64,000 nt of DNA from an uncultured Chloroflexia bacterium. Its GTDB lineage: Bacteria; Chloroflexota; Limnocylindria; Limnocylindrales; CSP1-4. This document shows, piece by piece, positions 1 through 8,964 of the stretch. The position numbers and the translations under genes are program-made. The first letter of the stretch is position 1, and every line of letters begins with the position of its first letter. Location: the NCBI GenBank assembly GCA_963752475.1, contig CAVVYR010000006.1, positions 64,001 through 128,000 on the forward strand. The letters run 5' to 3'. The notes beneath the pieces were generated by a model. It ran no database searches. It had not been told where the DNA came from and worked only from the letters and a program-made list of their open reading frames with translations.

Positions 1-393
1 GAGGTGCGCGGTCACCGACTCGTTGGAGTTCATCGACTCCACGGTCCACCTGCCCAGCAGGGCCTGGAAGCCGGTGAGCAGGATCAGCACGACCGAAGCC
101 ACGACGATCGAGCGGGTCTGCCGATGGTGCCGCCATGCCTGGACCCCCAGCCAGAGCACGAGGAATCCGATGATGACGCCCCACCAGCGGTGGATCGACT
201 CGATCCAGTCCGCACGGTCCCAGGCGTTCGGCCCGTCGAGGGCTGGGATGATGGCGCCGCGACAAAGCGGCCAGTCGCCACAACCGAGCCCCGATCCGGT
301 GCTACGCACGATGACGCCGATGACGACCATCACGTAGACCGCGACGATGGTGGTGAGTGCCAGCTTCTGGAAGCTGGTCAACCTTGGGTTCAT
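1..393 (-). CDS. ctaA: Heme A synthase (COX15/CtaA family), runs off the window start
   Basis: Manual translation from ATG at 393: MNPRLTSFQKLALTTIVAVYVMVVIGVIVRSTGSGLGCGDWPLC...WIESIHRWWG; GxGCxDWPLC and E-x2-HR are CtaA signatures. Absent from the ORF track because it is open at the edge. Confidence 0.85.
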   Translation of the reverse strand, partial: MNPRLTSFQKLALTTIVAVYVMVVIGVIVRSTGSGLGCGDWPLCRGAIIPALDGPNAWDRADWIESIHRWWGVIIGFLVLWLGVQAWRHHRQTRSIVVASVVLILLTGFQALLGRWTVESMNSNESVTAHL

Positions 394-477
394 GAACGTC
401 GCGATCGTACCAGCGCTCAGGATCGATCGTGAGTCCGTGCCCTGCGAAGCTCGCGCGTCGGCGCTATTTTGGCCCTG

Positions 478-1494
478 ATGCACCTCGATCCTCAGCGCTC
501 CGCGACCGCCCTGCTCACCGGTGTCCTGATGGTCGGTGCCTGCACCGCGACCGAGGAGGCCACGCCCACGCCCCAGCCCGAAGCCGCCACGGGCCAGACC
601 GTCGCGGCGGCCGAGATGCCGGCCTGCTCGACGTCCGAAGGCGCAGCCGGCGACATCCCCGACTGGCCCTTGATGAGCTCAACCGAGCCGGACTTCCTGC
701 CGGTGGTGATGTCGTCGCTGGTGACGGGCGGCTACAACCGCTTCCTCTACAACGTCTACGACGCCTCCTACCGCCAGCTGGCGGCACCGGGGGTCGCCAG
801 CCGTGTCGATTTCTACGCCCTCGAGCGCGACCCCCAGGAGCCCGTTGCTCGCACCGGCGCCACCTACCTCAGCTCCGGCCTGAGTCGCGGGCTGTATCGC
901 ACGGAGGTCGAGTTCGACTGCCTCGGCGAGTGGGGTGCGGAGGTCTTCGTCGAGGGCGACGACGGTGAGTGGTTGAGCGAGCGACTGCGTTTCGCGGTCC
1001 ACCCGCTCGGCAGCACACCGGCCATCGGGGCAGCCCCGCCGCTATCGGACAGCCTCACCGCCACGACCGCGGACGAGGTCGCGCGGATCTCGACCGATCT
1101 GAACCCGTACCTGCCCGCCTACGACAAGACCGTGGCGGAGACGGTGACTTCGGGGGCGCCGTCGCTGGTCTTCTTCGCCACGCCCGCGTTCTGCCAGACC
1201 GGCTTCTGCGGACCCACCGTCGAGCTGGTCAAGTCCGTGGCCAAGGAGCATCCCGAAGCGCTCGAGTTCGTCAACGTCGAGCCCTACCACCTGCAGATGA
1301 CCGAGAACGGTCTGCAGCCGCTGCTCAGCGACGACGGTCAGCTACAGCCGGTCGACGCCGCCCTGGAGTGGGGCATCCCCGTCGAGCCGTACCTCTTCCT
1401 GCTCGATGCCGAGGGCAAGGTCTTCGCCAAGTTCGAGGGCATCGTGGGCGGCGACGAGCTCCGGGCCGCCGTGGCGGACGTCCTCGCCGCCTAG
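478..1494 (+). CDS. Lipoprotein with C-terminal thioredoxin-like domain
   Basis: Lipobox-like LMVGAC; FATPAFCQTGFCGP and EPYLFLLDAEGKV...FEG; divergent from ctaA. Confidence 0.7.
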   Translation: MHLDPQRSATALLTGVLMVGACTATEEATPTPQPEAATGQTVAAAEMPACSTSEGAAGDIPDWPLMSSTEPDFLPVVMSSLVTGGYNRFLYNVYDASYRQLAAPGVASRVDFYALERDPQEPVARTGATYLSSGLSRGLYRTEVEFDCLGEWGAEVFVEGDDGEWLSERLRFAVHPLGSTPAIGAAPPLSDSLTATTADEVARISTDLNPYLPAYDKTVAETVTSGAPSLVFFATPAFCQTGFCGPTVELVKSVAKEHPEALEFVNVEPYHLQMTENGLQPLLSDDGQLQPVDAALEWGIPVEPYLFLLDAEGKVFAKFEGIVGGDELRAAVADVLAA

Positions 1495-2447
1495 CGCCAG
1501 CGACGGCTGCCGCGGTCCTTGCGGCTGGGGAGCGCGCGACCCACGAGGTCCCGGACATCTGCCACCTCCTGCGCGTCACCCCACGCTCCCAGCTCCTGGC
1601 CCAGACGGCCGGGGAGTGACGGATCGGCCAGCACGGCCGTGGCCATGCCGACCGCACTGGCACCGGCAGCGAGGTAGTCGAGCACGTCGTCGAGCGAGGC
1701 GGCGCCACCGGCACCGATGATCGGCACCTTGACCACCTGTGCGACCTCGTAGACGAGGCGCAGCCCGAGCGTCTTGGTGGCCGGGCCCGAGAGCCAGCCG
1801 TACGTGGACCCCAGGATCGGCCCGGAACGGTCTTCGCTGAGCACCAGTGCCCGAGTGCTGCCGCTGAGGCTGATGACATCGGCACCCGCCGCGACCACGG
1901 CCCGAGCCACCGTCCGGATATCGGTCGCAGCCCCGCTGAGCTTGACGATGAGCGGCAGGTCGGTGGCGGCCCGGGCGGCCACGGTCGCGATCTCGCTGGC
2001 CTCGACATCGAGGCCGATGGGCTCGCCGCGTCGGCTCCGGTCGGGGCATTCGAGGCTCAGCTCCATGCCAGCCACGTCCGGCTGCATCTCCAGCGTTCGG
2101 GCCAGCGCCGCGATGTCCTCGGCATCCTCGGCGCAAACGCTCACGATGACGGGCACATCGCTCGCGGCCCAAGCCGGGCCCTGCCGCCGCAGGACCGCCT
2201 CGAGCCCCGGGTTGGGCAGGCCGATGGCGTGGAGCAAGCCGTCGGGGAGCGGCGCCATCCGCGGTGCGGGGGCACCCCGACGCGCCTCGCGGGTGACGCT
2301 GCGGGTGACCAACGCTCCCGGCTGCAGCTCCCCGACGGAGCCAAGCAGCTCGATCCCGTAGCCTGCGCCACCAGCCGCGACGATGAGCGGGTGGCGCAGG
2401 CGAAGCCCGCCATGGCGACCAGGTGCGAGGTCCTGCCGCAGCCTCAC
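1491..2447 (-). CDS. pyrD: Dihydroorotate dehydrogenase family 1B catalytic subunit-like protein (divergent active site)
   Basis: AIGLPNPG, ELSLECPD, VKLSG, WLSGPATK, PIIGAGG, AGASAV motifs; overlaps the pyrK-like gene by 4 nt. Confidence 0.8.
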   Translation of the reverse strand: MRLRQDLAPGRHGGLRLRHPLIVAAGGAGYGIELLGSVGELQPGALVTRSVTREARRGAPAPRMAPLPDGLLHAIGLPNPGLEAVLRRQGPAWAASDVPVIVSVCAEDAEDIAALARTLEMQPDVAGMELSLECPDRSRRGEPIGLDVEASEIATVAARAATDLPLIVKLSGAATDIRTVARAVVAAGADVISLSGSTRALVLSEDRSGPILGSTYGWLSGPATKTLGLRLVYEVAQVVKVPIIGAGGAASLDDVLDYLAAGASAVGMATAVLADPSLPGRLGQELGAWGDAQEVADVRDLVGRALPSRKDRGSRRWR

Positions 2448-3313
2448 GAGCGTGGCTCCCAGCGAAGCTCGGAGGCCGCGAAGGCCGGCCCTTCGCGGCA
2501 GATGCGAAGCGGCCCGTCGGCGCCGCCGATGGTGCAGCCGGCACAGACACCCAGCGCGCAGCCGGCTTCGTGCCGCAGCGCGACCTGCAGCCAGGCCTTG
2601 CGGCGGGCGTCAGCGCCACTGTTCTCGGACCGGCGTCCGCGTCGTCGTCCCAGCCGGGCCACGCCCATGCGTCCGTCGCGGCCCTTGGCCAGCTCAGCGA
2701 GCCGGGCCACGAGCGCGTCCGACCCGGCACCGAAACACTGGTCGGCCCAGGCCTCGTACTCGATCACCAGCTCGGCCACCTCGCCACGGTGCCCGAGCGA
2801 GCCGTCGGCGGTGGCCACCACGTACTCGGCCTCATCGGGCAGGAGCGAGGAGGGATAGACCTCCGCGACCGATCGGGCACCCAGCAGGACCGTGACCTGT
2901 CTCCCGCCCGCGACGGCCTCATCGACCACCGCGCGTACGCGCCCGAAGCCATCGACGTCTGCGACCACCAGCAGGTAGCGGCTCCGCGGGTCGATGGCGA
3001 ACCCTCGTCCGAGCGGCCCCTCGAATCGCGCCACATCACCGGTGCGCGCACGCGTCAGCGGCTCGGCCGAGCCCATCAGCGTCGTCACCGAGCCCGCCAC
3101 ACGGTCGTACCCGCTGACCGGCACGACCGGCAGCAGCAGACCCGGCCGCCGCGGTGCCAGCAGGTGCAGGAACTGTCCCGGTCGCACGCTGCGCGCGATC
3201 GCGGGCGCGTCCCAGGTCAGCAGGTGCCGGCCGGGCGTGACCTCACGCGTCTCGAGGAGGCGGACCTCCCCGCCGGGGTCAGTCGTCGGTCGCGGCGCCG
3301 TCGTCCCCGCCAT
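2444..3313 (-). CDS. pyrK: Dihydroorotate dehydrogenase electron transfer subunit (FAD/[2Fe-2S])
   Basis: RPGQFL, EGPLGRGF, TADGSLG, CALGVCAGC...ICREGPAF iron-sulfur motif. Confidence 0.8.
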   Translation of the reverse strand: MAGTTAPRPTTDPGGEVRLLETREVTPGRHLLTWDAPAIARSVRPGQFLHLLAPRRPGLLLPVVPVSGYDRVAGSVTTLMGSAEPLTRARTGDVARFEGPLGRGFAIDPRSRYLLVVADVDGFGRVRAVVDEAVAGGRQVTVLLGARSVAEVYPSSLLPDEAEYVVATADGSLGHRGEVAELVIEYEAWADQCFGAGSDALVARLAELAKGRDGRMGVARLGRRRGRRSENSGADARRKAWLQVALRHEAGCALGVCAGCTIGGADGPLRICREGPAFAASELRWEPRS

Positions 3314-4166
3314 CCTCGTCGGTCAACTCGGGCGCGACCTCGGGGTACGAGTCGGCGATGGCCTCGGCCAGGTCGCCGAAGAGGTCGGTGGGATCGTAGA
3401 ACTGGACCATATCGTCCGACGTGGCCAGCGGCTGCCAGTCGAGCTCACCTTCAGCCGCGCCTTCGCCGTCGGGCTCGGGCAGGACCTCGCCTTCGATGGC
3501 GCCGGTCGCCCGCAGCCACAGTCGCTCGTCATCGTCATCGACGAACTTGCTGTCACCGAGCATCGCCGCGGCCGGTGCGGCCCGATCGGCGAAGTCATCG
3601 ATGAGGCGGGCCTGCTCGAACTGACTGCCCTCCTGGAAGGTCAGCGCCAGGTCGTACATCAGGCGCGCCGCGTCCTGCTGGTCCGTTGGCGCCAGTGGCG
3701 TGCGATCGAGCCAGGCGTAGACCTCGTCGGGCTCGGGCGCGTCGTCGGGCGACTCCGACGATCCTTCTGCCGCTGTTTCGACCACGTCCTCGTCTTCGGC
3801 CTCCTCGTCGGCTTCGGCCGGGCCCGCGATCTCGGCCTCGGCAGCATCGACGAAGGCGGCGTAGAGATCGGCCGGGTTGTAGATCTCGACGAGCTCGGCG
3901 CCATCCTCGATGTCGTCGGTCTCCGAGCGCCACTCCCCGGTCTCGTCCTGGTAGCGGGTGCGCGAGCGGAACGCGCCCTCGGGCGAGATGTAGAGATAGT
4001 CCGGCTCATCGTCGATGAGCACGAGCCCATCGAGGTCCTTGAGGCGGGACTTGTTGGCCTCGAGGAAGCGGACGAACTGGCGGCCCGCATCGGTCAGGAA
4101 GTCGTCGCGGCGCCGACCGGCATCGGCCGCGAGCTCCTCCAGCACAGAGGCACGCTTGTCGCTCAT
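3279..4166 (-). CDS. Very acidic hypothetical protein with an internal two-domain duplication
   Basis: 295-aa ORF with GGAG RBS; repeats ELVEIYNPADLY and DMVQFYDPTDLF. Confidence 0.75.
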   Translation of the reverse strand: MSDKRASVLEELAADAGRRRDDFLTDAGRQFVRFLEANKSRLKDLDGLVLIDDEPDYLYISPEGAFRSRTRYQDETGEWRSETDDIEDGAELVEIYNPADLYAAFVDAAEAEIAGPAEADEEAEDEDVVETAAEGSSESPDDAPEPDEVYAWLDRTPLAPTDQQDAARLMYDLALTFQEGSQFEQARLIDDFADRAAPAAAMLGDSKFVDDDDERLWLRATGAIEGEVLPEPDGEGAAEGELDWQPLATSDDMVQFYDPTDLFGDLAEAIADSYPEVAPELTDEDGGDDGAATDD

Positions 4167-4193
4167 GGGTTCTCCTTGTCGGTGCTCGATGCG

Positions 4194-4520
4194 CTAGGGG
4201 ATGAACTCGAGGTCTTCGGTCATCCGTTCGCGCAGGATCATCACGTGGTGGCGCTCGAACATCCACTCACCGGCGCGGTGGCCGATGGCGCGGGAGCGGG
4301 GGTCCCCTTCGAGCTTGTCGATGGTCGCGAAGTCAGGCACCTGCAGGAGCATGACGTTGTCGAAGTCCCAGCCGTAGGCCACGTTGTACCAGCCGAGGAA
4401 GCGCATGCCGAACTCCTTCTCGTAGCGTTCGACCTGCAGCGGGAAGAGCTTCTGCATGAAGAACTTGAAGAAAGGGTCACGCCCGCGGCGAACCGAGAAG
4501 AAAGTGGCCAGGACCGGCAC
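4194..4520 (-). CDS. Small hypothetical protein, possibly NIPSNAP/dimeric alpha-beta barrel-like
   Basis: GTG at 4520 preceded by TGGAGA; GMRFLGWYNVAYG..DNVMLL.VPDFA pattern. Confidence 0.65.
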   Translation of the reverse strand: MPVLATFFSVRRGRDPFFKFFMQKLFPLQVERYEKEFGMRFLGWYNVAYGWDFDNVMLLQVPDFATIDKLEGDPRSRAIGHRAGEWMFERHHVMILRERMTEDLEFIP

Positions 4521-4570
4521 GTCGTCTCCATCTATGAGTCGTTGGATTGTCGCACGCAGCGACGGTGGGA

Positions 4571-5056
4571 CTAGCGGTCCAGCCGTGCGAGCAGTGTGTC
4601 CACGAGCGCGACCTGCGCCGGGTTCATGGCCACGCGAGCCTGTTCGGGTGTGAACCAGTCGACCCGGTCGACCTCCGGCACCTCGATGAAGATGCCCGAT
4701 CGTGGCGGCCACTCCATCTGGTAGGTATTGGAGCGAGCCTCATCGGGGTCGAGGTCGCCCTCGAGGGCCCAGGCATGGACGGTCTTGCCGCCGCGCTGCT
4801 TGATGCTGCCGAGCGCGAGGAGCCGGGAGCTCGAGCCCACGACGTGGCCGGTCTCCTCGCTGAACTCCCGCTTGGCCACGTCGACGAGCTGCTCGCCGGC
4901 TTCGACCTGGCCCTTGGGGATGGACCACGCACCGACGTCCTTCTTCTCGAAGTAGGGGCCACCCGGATGGCCCAGCAGGACCTCGACACCCGCGGGGGTG
5001 CGGCGGTAGAGCAGGATGCCCGCGCTCGTGCGCGTGCGGGAGACGGCGTCAGCCAT
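4571..5056 (-). CDS. NUDIX hydrolase
   Basis: SAGILLYR, GHPGGPYF, WSIPKG and Nudix box AKREFSEETG. Confidence 0.9.
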   Translation of the reverse strand: MADAVSRTRTSAGILLYRRTPAGVEVLLGHPGGPYFEKKDVGAWSIPKGQVEAGEQLVDVAKREFSEETGHVVGSSSRLLALGSIKQRGGKTVHAWALEGDLDPDEARSNTYQMEWPPRSGIFIEVPEVDRVDWFTPEQARVAMNPAQVALVDTLLARLDR

Positions 5057-5642
5057 CGGCCGGCTTCTCCTCGCTGGGCTCGGTCGGGGGATCGGCGCCC
5101 GCCGCTGAGGCCTCGGTGGCGGGCGGGGCCGGTGTCGCGGTCTGCGACGTGGCGCCCGCTGCTGCATCCTCCGGTGCCGCGTCCTCCATCTGGCCCACGG
5201 TCGGCTTGGCGGTCGTGCTCAGGGGCGTCCGGCGCGAGCGTCGGTCGGCCGCCACGAGGCGTAGCAGGAAGATGATCGTCTGGCCGCTGAAGAGCAGCAG
5301 GATGAGCGTGAGGATGAGCAGGATCGCGCTGATGGTGGGGTCCCAGCCCCAGGTCACGGTCAGCGGCGTGAGGACCAGGAAGAACGTCAGCAGCCCGATC
5401 TGGATCCAAAAGCAGCCCAACCCCGGACCGCGCTCGGCATCGAGCGGCTCGCCCTTGTACTCGGGCATCTGGCCCGACGGCGTCGCCGATGTGGCTGCCT
5501 CATCGTCGCCCGGAGTGGGCCCTTCGGCTGCCTCGACCTCGTGCGGGCGGGCAGCGACCGTCGGCACGTCCACGGGGGCCTCGGTTTCGGGCGTGGGCGT
5601 CTCGAGCTCTGACGCCGCAGCGTCGGTGGTTCGTTCGGGCAC
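5049..5642 (-). CDS. Hypothetical membrane protein with two TM helices and disordered termini
   Basis: GLGCFWIQ...two hydrophobic segments; overlaps the NUDIX start; TAGGAT 6 nt before GTG. Confidence 0.7.
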   Translation of the reverse strand: MPERTTDAAASELETPTPETEAPVDVPTVAARPHEVEAAEGPTPGDDEAATSATPSGQMPEYKGEPLDAERGPGLGCFWIQIGLLTFFLVLTPLTVTWGWDPTISAILLILTLILLLFSGQTIIFLLRLVAADRRSRRTPLSTTAKPTVGQMEDAAPEDAAAGATSQTATPAPPATEASAAGADPPTEPSEEKPADG

Positions 5643-5765
5643 GGGTGAATCCTACGCTGTGGCCATCGAACCGGCGCACGCGACCTGCGGCCGGGGGTCG
5701 GTCGGCCCTTGTCCGTCGTGCTAGGCCGTCCGATGATGGGTCCAGCCGCACCGGGGGAAGTCCAC

Positions 5766-6296
5766 ATGCCATGCGAAGGCCCTGTCCACTACCGCCGAGC
5801 CACGACCGCCGATGCCGAGGGCATCGCCAAGGTCCACATCGAGGGCTGGCAGCGAGCGTATGAGGAGCTCGTCCCGCCCGAGTACCTTGCCCGCAAATCG
5901 TCGCGTGGGCGTGCGGAGTTCTGGCGCGGGGAACTCGAGTTGGAGGCCGCGGACCGCAAGCCCTGGGTGGCTGTCGACGAAGAGCAGGTCATCGGCTTCG
6001 CGGATGGCGGCATCGCGCGCGACGACGATCTGGACTCCGGCACCGGTGAGGTCTACACGCTCTTCGTGACGCCCGAGTGTTGGGAGAAGGGCATCCGCTC
6101 GCGCCTCGTCGATCACGCCTCCCGCGACCTGCGCGAGCACGACTTCCGGCGGGCGGTGTTCTGGGTATTGGAGGCCGACCTCGTCATGCGCGCCTTCGCT
6201 GAGTACACCGGCTGGCGAGCGGATGGTCACCGGCGAGAGGAAGACTGCGGTGGCACCAGCGTGACCGAGCTGCGCTACGCCAAGGACCTCGTCTGA
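5766..6296 (+). CDS. GNAT family N-acetyltransferase
   Basis: RRATTADAEGIAKVH..W..AY, GEVYTLFVTPECWEKGI, FWVLEAD. Confidence 0.85.
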   Translation: MPCEGPVHYRRATTADAEGIAKVHIEGWQRAYEELVPPEYLARKSSRGRAEFWRGELELEAADRKPWVAVDEEQVIGFADGGIARDDDLDSGTGEVYTLFVTPECWEKGIRSRLVDHASRDLREHDFRRAVFWVLEADLVMRAFAEYTGWRADGHRREEDCGGTSVTELRYAKDLV

Positions 6297-6369
6297 CCGC
6301 TCGGCGAAGACCGTGGCGAGCGACTGACCCACCGACGGCGATCCCCGTCACATCTCGGGGTCGTTCGGG

Positions 6370-7290
6370 CTAGCCAGACGGTGGTGGGGCGATCTCCGTG
6401 CCCCGTCGGTCGGTGATGTTCACGCCGACGGCGGCGATGGTGACGAGGGCCACCGAGATCAGCGCCATGGGCGGCAGGGTCTGGCTGAGGATGATGGCGC
6501 CGACGATGACGGCCACCACGGGCTCAAGCGTCACCATCACGCCGTAGGCCCGCGCGGTCATCCGCTTGAGCGCCTCGAACTCCAGCGATAGCGGCAGGGC
6601 GGTGGACAACGTCGCGACCGCCAGCGCGCCGGCGAGGAGCCACGGGTCCAGCCGCTCCAGACCGCCGGCCACCAAGGCGAAGGGCAGGGTGAAGAGGCTG
6701 GCCACGACCATGGCCAGGGCCAACCCTGCGTCACCGACGTCCTGCGCCACACGTGGGCTGACGAGCACGAAGCTGGCCCAACCGAGACCGGCGAGGAGGG
6801 CCAGCACGACGCCGACGGGGTCGAGGCTGCTGCCGACGTCCGGCGTCAGCAGCACCAGCCCGGCGCCGGCGAGGATGATCCACACGAACTCCCGGGGCCG
6901 ACGCGACGTCAGGGCCGCCACGCCGAGCGGCCCGATGAACTCGATGGCCACCGCGATCCCCAGCGGGATGCGGGCGATGGCGCCGTAGAAGGCGAGGTTC
7001 ATCAGGCCGATGACGACACCGAAGAGCAGCAGCAGACCGAGGTGTCCGCCGGCCCGGGCGTCGATCTGGTGTCGCCTGGCGACGATGAGCAGCATCGCGG
7101 CGAAGGCGAGGCGCAGGAACGTCACCGCTGCCGGTCCGAGTGTGTCGAACAGCCCGACCGCGATGGCGGCACCGAACTGGATCGAGACGATCGAGGTCAG
7201 CACCAGCGCCGGCGGCGGCACCGCCGAAGCGGCCCGGGTCAATGAAGCAGCAAGTCCCTCTGGCTCGGACGACTGCGGCGGCAGGGGCAT
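6370..7290 (-). CDS. EamA/RhtA-like DMT transporter
   Basis: SIQFGAAIA, FYGAIARIPLGIAVAIEFIGPL, TLEPVVA; about 10 TM segments. Confidence 0.9.
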   Translation of the reverse strand: MPLPPQSSEPEGLAASLTRAASAVPPPALVLTSIVSIQFGAAIAVGLFDTLGPAAVTFLRLAFAAMLLIVARRHQIDARAGGHLGLLLLFGVVIGLMNLAFYGAIARIPLGIAVAIEFIGPLGVAALTSRRPREFVWIILAGAGLVLLTPDVGSSLDPVGVVLALLAGLGWASFVLVSPRVAQDVGDAGLALAMVVASLFTLPFALVAGGLERLDPWLLAGALAVATLSTALPLSLEFEALKRMTARAYGVMVTLEPVVAVIVGAIILSQTLPPMALISVALVTIAAVGVNITDRRGTEIAPPPSG

Positions 7291-7305
7291 GGAGGGCCGG
7301 GGCGC

Positions 7306-7863
7306 CTAGCCCAGCAGCACGACCTCGTCAGCCTCGGCACCGTCCTCGGTCAACCGGATCTCGATGCGTTCCTCGCGGGCGGTGGGTACGTTCTTGCCCA
7401 CGTGATCGGCGCGGATGGGGATCTCGCGGTGGCCGCGATCGACCAGCACCGCCAGGCGCACCGCCGCCGGGCGGCCGTGGTCCATCAGCGCATCCAGCCC
7501 GGCGCGGGCGGTGCGGCCGGTGAAGAGCACGTCGTCGACCAGCACCACCGTCGTCACGGCCGGGTCGAACGGCCGCAGCCCCGGCGCCGGGATGACCGCC
7601 GCGGCATCCGCGTCGAACACGCCGTCGCGATCGTCGCGATAGGGGGTGACGTCGAGCGCCACGACCGGCACGGCCACGCCCTCGCGGGCCTCGATGGCTG
7701 CGGCCAATCGCGCCGCCAGTGCCGGCCCCCGATGCTCGATGCCCACGAAGGCCAGGCCCTCCGCGCCACCATGCTTCTCCACGATCTCGTGGCTGACGCG
7801 CACGAGCGCTCGGCGCACATCGTCGGCTGACATGATCTGGCGGGCGGTCACGGTCGTCTCCAC
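7306..7863 (-). CDS. pyrR: Bifunctional pyr regulator/uracil phosphoribosyltransferase PyrR
   Basis: [45 protein letters not shown]. Confidence 0.92.
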   Translation of the reverse strand: METTVTARQIMSADDVRRALVRVSHEIVEKHGGAEGLAFVGIEHRGPALAARLAAAIEAREGVAVPVVALDVTPYRDDRDGVFDADAAAVIPAPGLRPFDPAVTTVVLVDDVLFTGRTARAGLDALMDHGRPAAVRLAVLVDRGHREIPIRADHVGKNVPTAREERIEIRLTEDGAEADEVVLLG

Positions 7864-7903
7864 CTCGCCAGCCTAGCCCATCCCCCTGGCTCGCTGATGG
7901 GGT

Positions 7904-8962
7904 TCAGCGCGGGAACTGGTCCCACGAACGGCCGGTGCCGGGATCGTCGTGCGGCGCCGCCTCGCCCGAGGCTTCACGGATGGTGGCCAGCAGCTCGTCG
8001 ACCGCACCCTCCGGGCTGATGGGGTTGACCGACAGACCCGTGCCCAGCTCCAGGCCAGCGATCTCGCGCAGCCGCGGGTGGATCTCCCAGTGCCAGTGGA
8101 ACGTCTCGCTCACGGACTCGTGCAAGGGCGCCGTGTGCAGCACGAGGTTGTAGGGCGGGCCGTCGAGCACGTCGAGCAGCCGGATGACCTTCTGCAGCGC
8201 CTCGGCAGCACCGGTCAGCTGATCGTCGGTGGCGCGACCGAAGTCCGACTCGTGGTGGCGGGGCACGACCCATAGCTCGAATGGCGAACGTGAGGCGTAC
8301 GGGGCGAAACAGACCGAGGCCGCGTCCTCGAACACGAGCCGATCGCGATGCTCCACCTCGTCCTGCACGGATCGACACCAAGGACAGCCACCCTCGCGGA
8401 TGAGGTAGCGGGCAGCGCCCCCGAGCTCCTCCCCGATGCGATGCGGCAGATGCGGCAGGTCGTAGACGTCGAAGCAGAGGTGGTTGGTCATGGCCCCTGC
8501 CTGCTTGCCCCAGTTCTGGACGATCTGCACGTACTGGGTGCCGCCGTCCTCGCGGGCGCGGGCCACGCGGTCACGAGCGAGCTGCAGCATCTCGATGGCC
8601 ACGGCCTCGGACTCCTGGCCCAGGGGCGCGTGATGCTCGAACGGCGCCACGATGGTCTCCCATGAGCCGATGTCACCGAGCAGGCCCATGCGGAGCCCCT
8701 CTTCCGTGTTCGACGTGTCCTGAGCGTCGTCCCGGTGGTAGCGGTCGAGCTCGCTGCCGGCGACAGTGAAGGCCTGGGGCTTGAGCACGCGCAGGCGCGT
8801 CTCGTCCTTGTCTCGGTCACAGTTCTGGCAGCGGCCGGAGAAGTCGCGCACGGGGGCCGCCTCGCGGGCGAAGCGGGCCCGGTTGAACTCGCGATCGACG
8901 ACGACCGCCACCCACCAGCCGGTGATGTCGTCGCGTCGCAGCTCGAACAGGCCCCCGGCCAT
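7904..8962 (-). CDS. Galactose-1-phosphate uridylyltransferase (GalT/HIT-like) homolog with altered catalytic motif
   Basis: ELRRDDITGWWV, C-x2-C zinc motifs, APYASRSPFELWVVP, YNLVLHTAP, HWHWEIHPRL, AGLELGTG..VNP; HPH replaced by HLC. Confidence 0.8.
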   Translation of the reverse strand: MAGGLFELRRDDITGWWVAVVVDREFNRARFAREAAPVRDFSGRCQNCDRDKDETRLRVLKPQAFTVAGSELDRYHRDDAQDTSNTEEGLRMGLLGDIGSWETIVAPFEHHAPLGQESEAVAIEMLQLARDRVARAREDGGTQYVQIVQNWGKQAGAMTNHLCFDVYDLPHLPHRIGEELGGAARYLIREGGCPWCRSVQDEVEHRDRLVFEDAASVCFAPYASRSPFELWVVPRHHESDFGRATDDQLTGAAEALQKVIRLLDVLDGPPYNLVLHTAPLHESVSETFHWHWEIHPRLREIAGLELGTGLSVNPISPEGAVDELLATIREASGEAAPHDDPGTGRSWDQFPR

Positions 8963-8964
8963 GG

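Noticed and set aside
2994-4574. Long antisense ORFs such as the 526-aa ORF here and many others in the track
   Set aside because: They are shadows of real genes on the opposite strand, as expected at high GC.
7864-7903. PyrR attenuator
   Set aside because: Only about 40 bp of intergenic space, with a -10 box next to the start codon; no PyrR-binding loop consensus seen here or upstream of pyrK.
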